Source: Saccostrea echinata (taxonomy: Eukaryota). Taken from it: DNA of 64,000 nucleotides. The notes under the pieces are model-generated. The model searched no databases and was not told the origin of the DNA. It was given only the letters and a program-made list of their open reading frames with translations. Location of the stretch: positions 9,858,001 through 9,922,000 of the forward strand of contig NW_026889803.1 of assembly GCF_033153115.1 (NCBI RefSeq), given 5' to 3'. Within the stretch, counting starts at the first letter, position 1. The number at the start of each line of letters is the position of its first letter. Positions 1-10,852 of this stretch are shown here, piece by piece. The position numbers and the translations under genes are program-made.

Positions 1-398
1 TCGTCTTTGAAAGATGATGAATTTAGAACTTTGAGCGTGTAATGATTAATAAAAATCAAACAAATGATATGAAGTTTAAATCTTGAAAATTAAATAGAAA
101 TGAAAATCAAATTTACAAAATATCTATCTTTAAATTCTTTTGAAACATTAACAATAAATATCTAACTCGAAAATCATAATTCTTCCGTTGTGTCTGTTTG
201 TTATTTTTAAAATCAATTACTACTGAACTAAAATCGTGTTGGACTGAATAGTGAAGAAAAAATAATAATAAAGAAATAATGTGAATCTCTAAAGATTGGT
301 CTAATGTTTTCAAAAAAGTGCGGTATTTATTATAAATTGCATCGAGATCGGCATTACCAAAATAGCTTCTAAAGCGTGTAAATATGAGAAGATTCAAG

Positions 399-716
399 AT
401 GGGGGTGATAAGGGCGATATTCATTTTCTGCTTGTTCAAGACCGCTATGCCTAGTGCGATTGATACTTTCCAATTTTTTGAATTTTGTGACACTAGTGTG
501 TGTAGTTGGATGGGGGAAGGAAAGTACGGGGGATGTCTGCAGACGGATATCCACCAGCTGACATTCAACTATTTTGATTCAAATGGTATGCTAGATTTGA
601 GATGTAGCCATGTGGATGTGATTTATGTGGACAACACACCGTTGAGATGTAAAGATGTAGACCTATTCTTCTTAACTCAGAGACCGCTCACTGTTTATTT
701 GAATGGTGATATGTGT
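399..716 (+). CDS. Exon 1 of a spliced type-I membrane glycoprotein: signal peptide plus 6-Cys ectodomain
   Basis: TATAAA at 331, ATG in good context (AAGATGG) at 399, hydrophobic leader MGVIRAIFIFCLFKTAMPSA, six Cys in the mature part, and a phase-0 donor TGT|GTAAGT at 716/717. Confidence 0.75.
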
Positions 717-1287
717 GTAAGTATTTTATTTTAACCTCATCAAATGAGTATTTAATTACAAAAATAAATGTCTATGTATTAAGAGCTAAGAAATATGATT
801 GATTTGATCATATTTTATTGTGTATGTCAAGTTCTTACAAATTACTAGTACCTTTTCCTGAGAGGTAATAAGCACTGATGTAAATTGTGATGTAAAATGA
901 AATACCTTGTTTGTTTGTTGTTATATCCTTGTCCTACTCCAGAGAGTTATTGACTGTGAATAAATCGCATGCTAAGAACATACATACTAAATTAAAGATA
1001 GCTTGAAAAATGTACTACTAATAATTTAACATACAATATAGGATATTGTTTATTTATATTCATTTGTGTAAACAATACAGTGTATTGATTGCAATGCATT
1101 TAAATTGAAATCAAATATTAAAATCAGATCTGTAATTTTAAAGATATAGCTATAAACACTTTTCACATGAATTCAGTGAAGTGATTTAACTTTGTATACT
1201 TATGTTATATTTGATTTTTAAAACCAATGTAAAACATATATTGACTTGTGATAAAGCTACACTAATTCTGAATAGCAATTTTTGCAG

Positions 1288-1416
1288 CATGTCTCCTCCT
1301 CTAGGAGCACCCGTCCTACCGCCAGTATCAGAAGTACCAAACATCCCACCACCCATACTGCAACCAGTGGTACCACGCGAGCTACCAGTAGCAGCATTTT
1401 AAATGAATTCAGCGAG
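1288..1416 (+). CDS. Mucin-like stalk exon, copy 1 (HVSSSRSTRPTASIRSTKHPTTHTATSGTTRATSSSILNEFSE)
   Basis: TTTTTGCAG acceptor, GAG|GTGATT donor, 129 nt, phase 0-0, and 21 of 43 residues Ser/Thr. Confidence 0.7.
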
Positions 1417-1518
1417 GTGATTTAACATTGTATACTTATATTTGATTTTTAAAACCAATGTAAAACATGTATTGACTTGTGATAAAGCTACACTAATTCT
1501 GAATAGCAATTTTTGCAG

Positions 1519-1647
1519 CATGTCTCCTCGTCTAGGAGCGCCCGTCCTACCGCCAGTATCAGAAGTACCAAACATCCCACCACCCATACTGCAACCAGTG
1601 GTACCACGCGAGCTACCAGTAGCAGCATTTTAAATGAATTCAGCGAG
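1519..1647 (+). CDS. Mucin-like stalk exon, copy 2
   Basis: Same splice sites, 231 bp downstream of copy 1, open in the Ser/Thr frame. Confidence 0.7.
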
Positions 1648-1749
1648 GTGATTTAACATTGTATACTTATATTTGATTTTTAAAACCAATGTAAAACATA
1701 TATTGACTTGTGATAAAGCTACACTAATTCTGAATAGCAATTTTTGCAG

Positions 1750-1878
1750 CATGTCTCCTCGTCTAGGAGCACCCGTCCGACCGCCAGTATCAGAAGTACC
1801 AAACATCCCACCACCCATACTGCAACCAGTGGTACAACGCGAGCTACCAGTAGCAGCATTTTAAATGAAATCAGTGAG
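1750..1878 (+). CDS. Mucin-like stalk exon, copy 3
   Basis: Same splice sites; most substitutions are synonymous in the Ser/Thr frame. Confidence 0.7.
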
Positions 1879-2117
1879 GTGATTTAACATTGTATACTTA
1901 TATTTGATTTTTAAAACCAATATAAAACATATATTGACTTGATAACAAACAAAACTGTTTGAATATGGTATGCTAACATCCCTCCCTTCAAAAAGTAATA
2001 AATAAATAATAAATTTCAAGATTCTAGAGTAGGTAATAAGTGACACACACAATTCAATCAGTTAGTTAACAGTAGACTGAAAAATATCCCTTTGTAAGAA
2101 GATGTATCACTTTGTAG

Positions 2118-2196
2118 ATTGTGGGATTTGACAATGGTGCAAATGAGGGAGACATACATAATGAGGAGATGGGCACCTTCACGACTATTGTGTTAA
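2118..2196 (+). CDS. Juxtamembrane exon (IVGFDNGANEGDIHNEEMGTFTTIVL), start of the TM helix
   Basis: TTTGTAG acceptor, A|GTAAGT donor, 79 nt, phase 0 to 1. Confidence 0.7.
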
Positions 2197-2611
2197 GTAA
2201 GTATTATTCATGACAAGAAAAACATATCAAATGCTTGTTGTATAAAAATGAAAATAATGTATTATTATTTCAGTAGTTTCATCTTGGTAAGAGAACATAA
2301 CTTCACTGGCATGTCGTGGTGTCTTGTGGTAGCAACTTATTATGCTTATGCTTAGCTATGTAGTAGCTATTGGTCTCCTTCTGTTGAAAACAAGTCTTGT
2401 TTGCACTCCATTGGTATTCAATTAATATGTGAAGATTAATCTTAAAAACTTTTTTCCTCAATGCTCTTCAAATATATTACTCACCATCTGCTAATGTGTG
2501 TTGTGTCAAGGTTGCACTACTATGAAAGAGATATTGAAACAGTGAAAAAATGCTCTTGAGGATATTGATAATGGATACCTATGATGATATATTAAAATCT
2601 TAATTTTGTAG

Positions 2612-2865
2612 GTTTTCTTGGACTACTTATATATGTTGGAAATCAAATTATTGACATAAAGAAGAAGTTGATGGAAATCATAACAATTTTGAAAAAATTG
2701 TATGCAATTGTTAAAGGTTTTTGCAAAATGATTTTGAAAGTTTTTAAAGGCTACAAAAATCCAACAATTCAGCACATTCAGAAAGATAATGGTGCACATA
2801 CAAGTAGATATCCACAAAGAGCTAGAAAACAGACTGTTTTCTATGGTGACCCAGTTAAATTTTGA
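2612..2865 (+). CDS. Alternative terminal exon A (SFLGLLIYVGNQ...FYGDPVKF*)
   Basis: TTTTGTAG acceptor, phase 1 compatible with 2196; completes a hydrophobic helix followed by a basic tail. Confidence 0.55.
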
Positions 2866-3035
2866 AAATATGAAACATGCCATTCATAAGAATACATTGC
2901 AACTATATACAGTATCAAGTTTGCAGCTTTAAAATAATTGACCTCTTTGAATGATATATTTTCAAAATTTGTTTGTTTATCAATTAAAAAAATCTTTGTA
3001 GGCTGTAACCATAAGTGTAAAACATTTTATTTCAG

Positions 3036-3232
3036 CTGCTTCATTAATATCATCCTGCCTGGCAATCATATATTTTGTATGTAAAAGCATTGCTTGGCTG
3101 CGAGCTCGTCGTAGAAAAAGGCCATTTTCAGATATAAAAGCATACATTGATGAACAGTTTGAAACTCTCGAAGCCTACAGATTTCGAAATCGCCTTGCAG
3201 GGTTTGGAGAAGAAAATGATACTCTAGTTTAA
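3036..3232 (+). CDS. Alternative terminal exon B (TASLISSCLAIIYFVCKSIAWLRARRRKR...EENDTLV*)
   Basis: TTTTATTTCAG acceptor, phase 1; TM segment, stop-transfer RARRRKR, and a C-terminal x-T-x-V motif. AATAAA signals lie downstream at ~4162 and ~4245. Confidence 0.65.
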
Positions 3233-3384
3233 AATTCCTTTAAAAGTTCTTTTCAATTTGATTATACAGGTATATACAAATATATTTTAAAGATTCAACA
3301 TTACTATATCATCAAAAACATAGTAGTACATTATTATTTTTATTTCATACCAAATGTGTTTACTTTGGAATATAAATGGTAAGA

Positions 3385-3705
3385 TATGCTTACCTTTTAA
3401 TCTGTGTGAAGCTGTTAATTGTTTGCTTATGCTTTTCTTGTGCATTATATATTACCTTTTAAATCATGTTAAGCTGTTTGCTTTTTATGCATCATACATC
3501 ATGCTTATTACTCACCTTTTAGCCCATGTGAAGCTGTTTGCTTATGCTTTTATGCATTATATATCATGCTTATTACTCACCTTTTAGCCCATGTGAAGCT
3601 GTTTGGTTATGCTTTTATGCATTATATATCATGCTTATTACCTACCTCCAAGGCCAAGTGAAGCTGTTTGCTCATGCTTTTATTATACATTATATATCAT
3701 GCCTA
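3385..3705. repeat. 60-65 bp tandem repeat, 5 copies
   Basis: An AAGCTGTT core and TATGCATTATATATCATGCTTATTAC-like segments recur at 60-65 bp spacing. Confidence 0.9.
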
Positions 3706-4468
3706 CAACCTTGTATTGAAATAATCTAGCTTGTCACAGATAAAGAGTAGTATGCTCCCCTTTTACCTTCCTTAATCAAAGTAAGGTTTTCTTTGTTTTT
3801 GTTTTTATATTTTTGATTCATATGATTCAGCTAATACTAATGAATATGTACATATTTGATTTTAAAGTGATTCCGTTCTTTTGTTCAAAGTTAGTCTTGC
3901 TTCATAAAATGTTTGCTTTTAAACATTTAATTCAGTGATAATCATTGGATGTACATTATTGATTTCATAATCTTTGTTCTATGTTGTTGCTCTATATTGT
4001 GATTCATTACTACTTTGTTTACATCTTTACATAGAAATGTGCCAAAGATCTATTGAATTATACTTTTGAATATTTTGTATATACATGTACTGTGATTTGA
4101 TGATTTTTAAATATATATATATTTTTTTGTTGACATGGCATGTTAACAAGATCTGGTTTTTAATAAATGTTTAAATGATATACTGTATTCTTTATCCTTC
4201 AGCATGATTGAAATGATGTCCCTGTTTAAATCTCTTTTACGTTGAATAAACGATGTCTTAAAAGGTATTGACTGAAATAGCATTGTGTTGAGCAAAAGGG
4301 TATTGACATTGTTTCACTCAAAATAAAGGTCATGAATAGTTTTTGATCATCTGATAAGGATTATCAGTGTGTGGTATGAATATAAAAGCTGTTTGACTAA
4401 CAAAGTTACTTGTTAACCTGTTTAATGGTATTGAAATTCTTAGACATGTGTATGTCTAATAAGGATAG

Positions 4469-4499
<31 letters not shown>

Positions 4500-4929
4500 C
4501 AAAACAAAAAAAAAAACAAAACAAAACAAAACAAACAAACTTTGCTAAGAGTTATCTATCTTTGCGTGTACTTCATAAGCCTTTGAACTGAATCTCCTAT
4601 TTCAGAGAGAATATAAACATTTCTATTTACCCCTCATAAATCTTGTAACAAAGAATGTGTTTATTGCATATTTATATTTTCATTGCATTTGTCATTTGTG
4701 GATGCATTTAAATCATACAGTTCAAAGTCTTCTAGAAGTTCTTTGGATTTTGGCTCATTTACACAGTGATATAAGTATTAAGACATTAAGCCTTCAATTG
4801 ATTATAAAGTGTAAGTATGTGAGCCTTCTAACTTATTTTACATCTTTGGTATAAACAAAAATAGAAATGGGTGGAGTTTAAGACTAAGCCTTCAGTTGAT
4901 TGTATGTTTTCATATAGTCACTGCTTGGG

Positions 4930-5420
4930 GTTGGCATGTGAGCCTTTGAACTTAATCTACATATTTGGTAGACATTATATAGTACAGTAGGCGAGGCTAG
5001 CCTCTGAGCCTTTTACTTTAATTTACACACTTGGTAAACTTTATATAGTACAGTGGGTGGGTTAGCCTCTGAGCCTTTTAATGTAATTTACATACTTGGT
5101 AAACATTCTCTGACTAGCCTCTGAGCCTTTTAATTTAATTTACATACTTGGTAAACATTTTATAGTACAGTGGGTGGGGATTAGCCTCTGAGCCTTTTAA
5201 TGTAATTTACATACTTGGTAAACATTTTATAGTACAGTGGGTGGGGATTAGCCTCTGAGCCTTTTGGTTTAATTTACATATCTGGTAGACATTATATAGT
5301 ACAGTGGGTGGAGTACATACTTGGTAAACATTATATAGTACAGTGGGTGGGGATTAGCCTCTGAGCCTTTTGGTTTAATATACATATCTGGTAGACATTA
5401 TATAGTACAGTGGGTGGAGT
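4930..5420. repeat. Subterminal ~66-68 bp direct repeats (probable TIR-internal repeats)
   Basis: AGTACAGTGGGTGG..TTAGCCTCTGAGCCTTT..TTTACATACTTGGTAAACATT recurs about 7 times, some copies partial. Confidence 0.9.
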
Positions 5421-5578
5421 TGATGTGTGCTAGTATCCCCACCCTACTACTACTTCATACGTGTATTAGTTAGGTCAGCTGCCCCTTACATTACGTTCTA
5501 AATATGTTTAATAATTCAATATAGCATTGAACCAGACAGCTGATTGTTATTCGGAATTAAACAATCTTTCCTTAACAG

Positions 5579-5681
5579 ATTTTTGCCTTCATTGTTGCAC
5601 TTCACACTTGTCTGTCGTCAGTATAAACTTGACGGTTTTCTGATTGAGGTACCAGTTGAATTCCACCAAAAGGACATACAG
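5579..5681 (+). CDS. Penultimate exon of an uncharacterised host gene (FLPSLLHFTLVCRQYKLDGFLIEVPVEFHQKDIQ)
   Basis: TTAACAG acceptor and CAG|GTATGA donor, phase 2 to 0, in frame with the next exon. Confidence 0.75.
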
Positions 5682-6147
5682 GTATGAACGATTCTCTTAC
5701 ATCCACTGAACGGTCCTTTATCAGTACTTAAACACAGCTAAGCAAGCCACCTAGATGTATTAATAGATTTCTTGAGCAGTTGCTAATCCATCAATGAGAC
5801 ATACAATGACGTAGATATCAATAACACAATATTTAACGTACTTAATTTTACATTACTCGTATATGATTATTTAAACAGATAAACAATGAAATGTTAAATT
5901 CTTTCTTTGTAAGTTCGGGAAATAACGATGCATTTATTGCAAAAAGAAAACAACAACAAAAAAACAACAAAAAACGCATCGGTATTTCGGTGATGAATTC
6001 CTATTTCATTTTTTCCAGTACATCCACCTGGAGCAACTGCTTCACTGGACAATGAAAAATCATAGTCACTGCAAAATAATGAAGATATATTAATATGCTT
6101 TATAGTTTGAAGAAATAACATTTATCAAAACTTCATTTTATGTCCAG

Positions 6148-6573
6148 GTTTTCGCCAAGACGTTTAGAAGAATACTAAAAGTAATATCAGACAACGACCC
6201 AAAGGAAGTGAGATGTATGAACAAATCCTATGTTGCAAAACGAGGATGGGTTTTTGAGTTCAATAATGTGACGTTTTTCATAACAACATTTGGACCGTTT
6301 TATCCAAAAACAAACAGCAGATATGCGTTCGGTTGTGAAAACTGCTTTATTTTACTTCAACCGGAGTTGAGTTTTGCGCTTCATGATTTATCGCCAAGCA
6401 GTTCAGAGACAAGTTACGAAAACCCTACAACAGAAAGGGACAGAATTAGGTGTGCATACAGCAAGGCGGGGAGACCGTATATAATACCACGTGATATTAC
6501 TCAGCCAATGGCATGGGACATGATAAAGCCCATCGCAGATGATGATGCAATCATTCAGTGGTGGACACAATAA
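6148..6573 (+). CDS. Last exon of a YqcI/YcgG-like protein (5' exons outside the window)
   Basis: TGTCCAG acceptor and 142 codons to TAA. The motifs W.FEF...FFITTFGPFY...SRY...LLQP..SF and R..IR recall the YqcI/YcgG C-terminal half. Confidence 0.7.
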   Translation, partial: VFAKTFRRILKVISDNDPKEVRCMNKSYVAKRGWVFEFNNVTFFITTFGPFYPKTNSRYAFGCENCFILLQPELSFALHDLSPSSSETSYENPTTERDRIRCAYSKAGRPYIIPRDITQPMAWDMIKPIADDDAIIQWWTQ

Positions 6574-7140
6574 ATTACATGTGTTATGAAGAGTTCTTGA
6601 AATTTTCTTAACACCGGTCAAAGATTTTTAATTTATTTTATAAAAACGATGAATAACTTTTTTCAGTGTCATAAACTACACATTTTTGAAATTATTTTCT
6701 CGTGTCGTGACTACACATTTATTATCCATTGACATAAACTTAAAATGTATTTATTTTATAATGAAAGTTTAACTACACAAACAATTCGGATCTAATGTGT
6801 GTAGACCATAAACTTTTTAAATATCTATCTTATAAATTTTATGCATTTCATGTAATTCTGCCAAAACATGAAGGAATATTAATTTTCAAGATAATACCAG
6901 TGACATCCTTCAGCTTCATTACATAATGTAAAATATTGATTTTCTAGAAGTGGGTATATTATATTTTAAAGTCTTTTGTTGCAATAAACATGTTCAAACG
7001 AAATAATAATATTTATTTATTACTTAATTACTTTATTACTTAATATTTATTACTTATTTAATCTTTTAGAAGGATAATTGAAAATGAACTACTGGTATAC
7101 ATATTTTAGTAAGAAATACATTGAGACAAACATCAAAGTT

Positions 7141-7489
7141 CAGGGACGTAGCATCGTTTTTGAAAGGGGGGGGGGCAGCCAGAGGAAAAATTTCAACTTA
7201 TCTGGAAAAAAAAACTTGACAAGCAAAAAAAAAAAAAAGGAAAATTGTCCGAACTCGAAAATCCTATTTCGTGGGGGTTGGGTTGGGGGGTTGGAGTGAT
7301 AGGTTCCAACTTCTTTCAGTACCAAATTTTATTTATGCACTACTACAAAACCCTTATTAGACTATTCTACAACAAAAAGTCGGGGGTCAACCGGCCTTTC
7401 AATTAACATTTCAAATAGTAAAGAAAAAGTCTTTGGAAAAAAAAGGGGGGGTAGCCCCCCCCCTTCCCTCCCCCGTTGCTACGTGCCTG
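7141..7489. mobile_element. MITE with CAGG...CCTG TIRs
   Basis: CAGGGACGTAGCA / TGCTACGTGCCTG inverted ends, flanked by an AAGTT duplication. Confidence 0.75.
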
Positions 7490-8364
7490 AAGTTGACCCA
7501 TAAAAGATTTCTGGTATTGAGAGGTACATGTGGGGGATATTCAGTCATAGAATATGGACCTTCCTTTATTTATGATTTTCATAATTATCCCCAAATTATT
7601 TTAGGAAACATCTTCAAGAAAGTCTATATAAAACAAATCTGTCTTTCCTATGCTAACTTGATCTGTACAACTTTTTTATACCAAAATTCAGCTCAATATC
7701 TGCAAGCCCAAATACTTGGCATCGAAGAACTCCTATCAAGGGGATGTGTATACTGTAAATTGACTAGTATAACAAACATTCTGAGAATATTGCATAAGAA
7801 ATATCATTGAAGTGGAACAAAATGCAAACTTGATCTGTACATGTACTCAAGGTACACTCACATACCAAAAAGCACCTCAATTTCTGCAAGCATTTAGAAA
7901 AGTGTGGAAAACAAAGTGGGACAGACTGACAGACAGAGGACAGCTGGACAGACGAGGAGGAAACCGATAGTCCCCTCCGATTTCACCTGTAGGAGACTAT
8001 ATAATAACTTTGAAGCGCGGAACTTTAGAATATAGCAAGAATGCGAAACTATACCGGAATTAGACACGAGTCAAGAAATTTTAAATTGAACTTCATATGC
8101 CATTAGATAGTAACGGCTAAATAAAATTTCAACTTGGCCATGTTATTTGACAGAATTTTAACCATATTTACAATTAGATATCAAAAATGCCTTTTGCTGC
8201 AAGGGTGTTTTATTCTAATTAATCATACGTGAATTTTTAATGAAGGGTCGTTGAGCGTCATAACAATCTAGCCTCGACAGTTGTCGCTGTACTTGCTTGA
8301 TATAATGTATCGATTATCTTGCTAGTCTATGACAAAGTCCCTGTTCTGCTGATAAACAATCAAC

Positions 8365-10852
8365 ATGTTCCCAACATATGTAGTGCTATGCTCGGCATGT
8401 CTTTGGAATCTTTTTCTCCAAGTGACACAAGAACGAGTTATAGAGGAGAGCACTGATGACTTTAGCTTTGATGGCCTCCCCGGGGCTCAGCATGAATTCA
8501 AAATAGAGGTTCCTGCAAGCCAGGAAGAATGTTTTGTACAGAGGGTGGCACAGAATGCTAATCTTCATGCATCATTTGAGGTAGGCGGGTCGTATACAAA
8601 ATACTAGTAGCAAAACCATAATGTACTAACTGGCATAGGCAATATCTATAGAGTCTTACCGTATTCTAGTATTCCAAATTCAATTTCAAAATTTTGTGGA
8701 TCGATGCACAAGGAAATATTTAGTATTTATATTACATTACTTAAGGACACTTAAAATTTCTCGGGTCAAAAAGTACTCGATGTCTGTTCCCACCTGTCGT
8801 CCGGCCGTCGTTTGTAATTGCTTTTGAACACTTTACGCTTCTTTCTGAAAATAGACGAACCACGTTTAACCAATTTGGACACATAGTATTTCATGAAAAA
8901 AGGGAGAGTAAAAGTTGTTAATTTCGTGGTCCGCTCTCCTCCAGGGTTGATAAATGAGATGAAATCTCTAAGATTAATACAATCATAAATTAAATTACTG
9001 CTTTATATATTATACACGTATTCCTCTTGCCATCCAGACTGTCTGCTTGATAATTTTCAGTCATGGGTCCTATACAAAAATCAGAAAAACCTCAGGGTGA
9101 GGCTTAGTTGATCATATACATCTGCAAATAACTCTCTTTTTTCAGTTCTGGGTTCCTTGCTGACACGTATAGTATACAAGTATTATACATCTGAAGCTAG
9201 GTACATGTACATGTCAGTTGATAAAAAATTCATGCCTCAGGTATAGATACTAGTATTCCTTCGAACGCTCTAGTTTATTATTATTACCCGGTAATTAAGC
9301 ATAAATTAATCATTTTATTTCATTCCTTGACAGGAAAATTCTATGATTCTTGCATTTTTTACACAGGTTCTTCGAGGCGGCGATCGTATTGTAGATTTCT
9401 ATGTAAAGGATGGTTATAATAATATGATCAAAGAAATTACCTATAAATCAGAGGGGAGTATAGAATACACAGCTCCAATCAATGGTATGGCTGATATAAA
9501 TTGTCAAGATTATGCTTTATAGCTTGTAATATGAAAATAAAGAGACATTTAGTCGATCTATATTAAACATCGAATGTTGTCAGCGCGGAAAACATTTGTA
9601 CTTGCTATCTTGATTTCTGGAAATCATCTATATTTTTAAAAAAAAAAGAGGGGGGGGGGTGTTAAATCTGTTGAAATCCGTAAAATTAATGAAAAGGATA
9701 GATATCAATAGAGGCACTTAAACGCTAAATAAAGAAACCTTGACATATTTGGTAACGTACGACATCACCTTATATAAAAAATATATTCGGACAGTAAAAT
9801 GTATACTCTTGATTTTTTCCCCAATACATCTTTGTTATTGTACAATTCATTTTTACTATGCATATCTCTATTACAGTGTATATGTATAATGCATAAAAAA
9901 TTGTTAATTTTTAAAAATACTATTATTCAACTCTTGTTTTTCTTTTCTTTTTCCAGGAAATTTTCAAATATGTGTTCAAAATATTCATAGCAGATTTCTA
10001 TCGAAGTTAGTATACATTTATATTGTGACGGTGGTTGAAGAAGAATGGAGCAAGTACGTTGCGGAAATAGAGGGATTACATACAGCAGTCCAAAATTTCA
10101 CGGTGAGGCATCTAAACACCACTTGTAATTGAAAGTTATTACTTACTGTTGCTGTAACTTGCGTAAGCGGGTTATATATGTATTTTTTTCCCGCAGTAGC
10201 TGCAACCGTTAATTACCCGTACTAACAAAGAAAGACTTTTTATATTTATATCTATGTATATAATCATAAAAAATTAGATGAAGTAGGTATAAGTACGTTA
10301 AATATTGTACTGTTGTTATGTACGTCATTGTATGTTTCACTGATTGAAAATACCTTGAAAAAACTCCTTCTTACCGGCGTTTACCGATTGACGAAGAAAG
10401 TGGTTTTTCAAAATAAAGGAGAAAAACAGTGGATGTTAATATTAAGATTAGATTGTATTAGATCGCGTTGGAATTCAATTGTACTGAATGTTTGTCTGAA
10501 AGGAATGAAAAATTGAAAAGAACAGGGAAAAGAACTTCATCTGAAAACTTACAAATTTCTTATACATTGAATTTTTTCTATTCAAAACGCCTCTCTATAA
10601 AATTTTGCTTCCTTGCAGACATCCATCACAGAGGTTCAAAAGTCCATAGACAAAGTACGATTGCACCAAGCTACTAGTAGAATGAACGTCATAAAGGACT
10701 GGTATTTACTGACCGGAAATAATGCTTACGTCATGTATTGGTCCGTTTTCCAGATTGTTTCTATTTTAGCAACGTCTTGTTTTCAAGTGTATTTTGTAAG
10801 AAAATTATTTAATATCCCCAATGTGACTCCTTCTTCCAAACCAAGAGCTTAG
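8365..10852 (+). CDS. TMED6: p24/emp24 GOLD-domain cargo receptor, TMED6-like (237 aa; exons 8365-8580, 9367-9484, 9957-10102, 10619-10852)
   Basis: Signal peptide, GOLD domain with two Cys (EECFVQ, FQICVQN), coiled coil, TM (YWSVFQIVSILATSCFQVYFV) and tail RKLF...KPRA. All introns are GT-AG with consistent phases. The exact paralogue assignment is less certain than the family. Confidence 0.9.

Larger units (their letters stand above)
1168..1945 (+). repeat. 231-bp tandem repeat (~3.3 copies), each unit one intron plus one stalk exon
   Basis: Near-identical units with a 231-bp period. Confidence 0.95.
1..5454. mobile_element. Right end of a putative Maverick/Polinton (element continues left of the window)
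   Basis: The segment ends in ...CCCCACCCTACTACTACT at 5454 (reverse complement AGTAGTAGTAGGGTGGGG), the (AGT)n AG...CT terminus typical of protein-primed Polintons. Subterminal ~66-68 bp direct repeats lie at ~4930-5420. Host intron follows and reaches an acceptor at 5578. No pPolB, integrase or capsid ORF is inside the window. Confidence 0.65.

Noticed and set aside
832-864. Possible extra small exon before GAG|GTAATA
   Set aside because: The frame-preserving version contains TGA, and the alternative acceptor breaks the frame.
1202-1864. Three Pro-rich ORFs (MSPPLGAPVLPP...) and their antisense ORFs
   Set aside because: Wrong frame: splice phases and synonymous substitutions support the Ser/Thr frame.
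4930-5420. CRISPR-like regularly spaced repeats
   Set aside because: There are no unique spacers or cas genes, the context is eukaryotic, and whole units are repeated.
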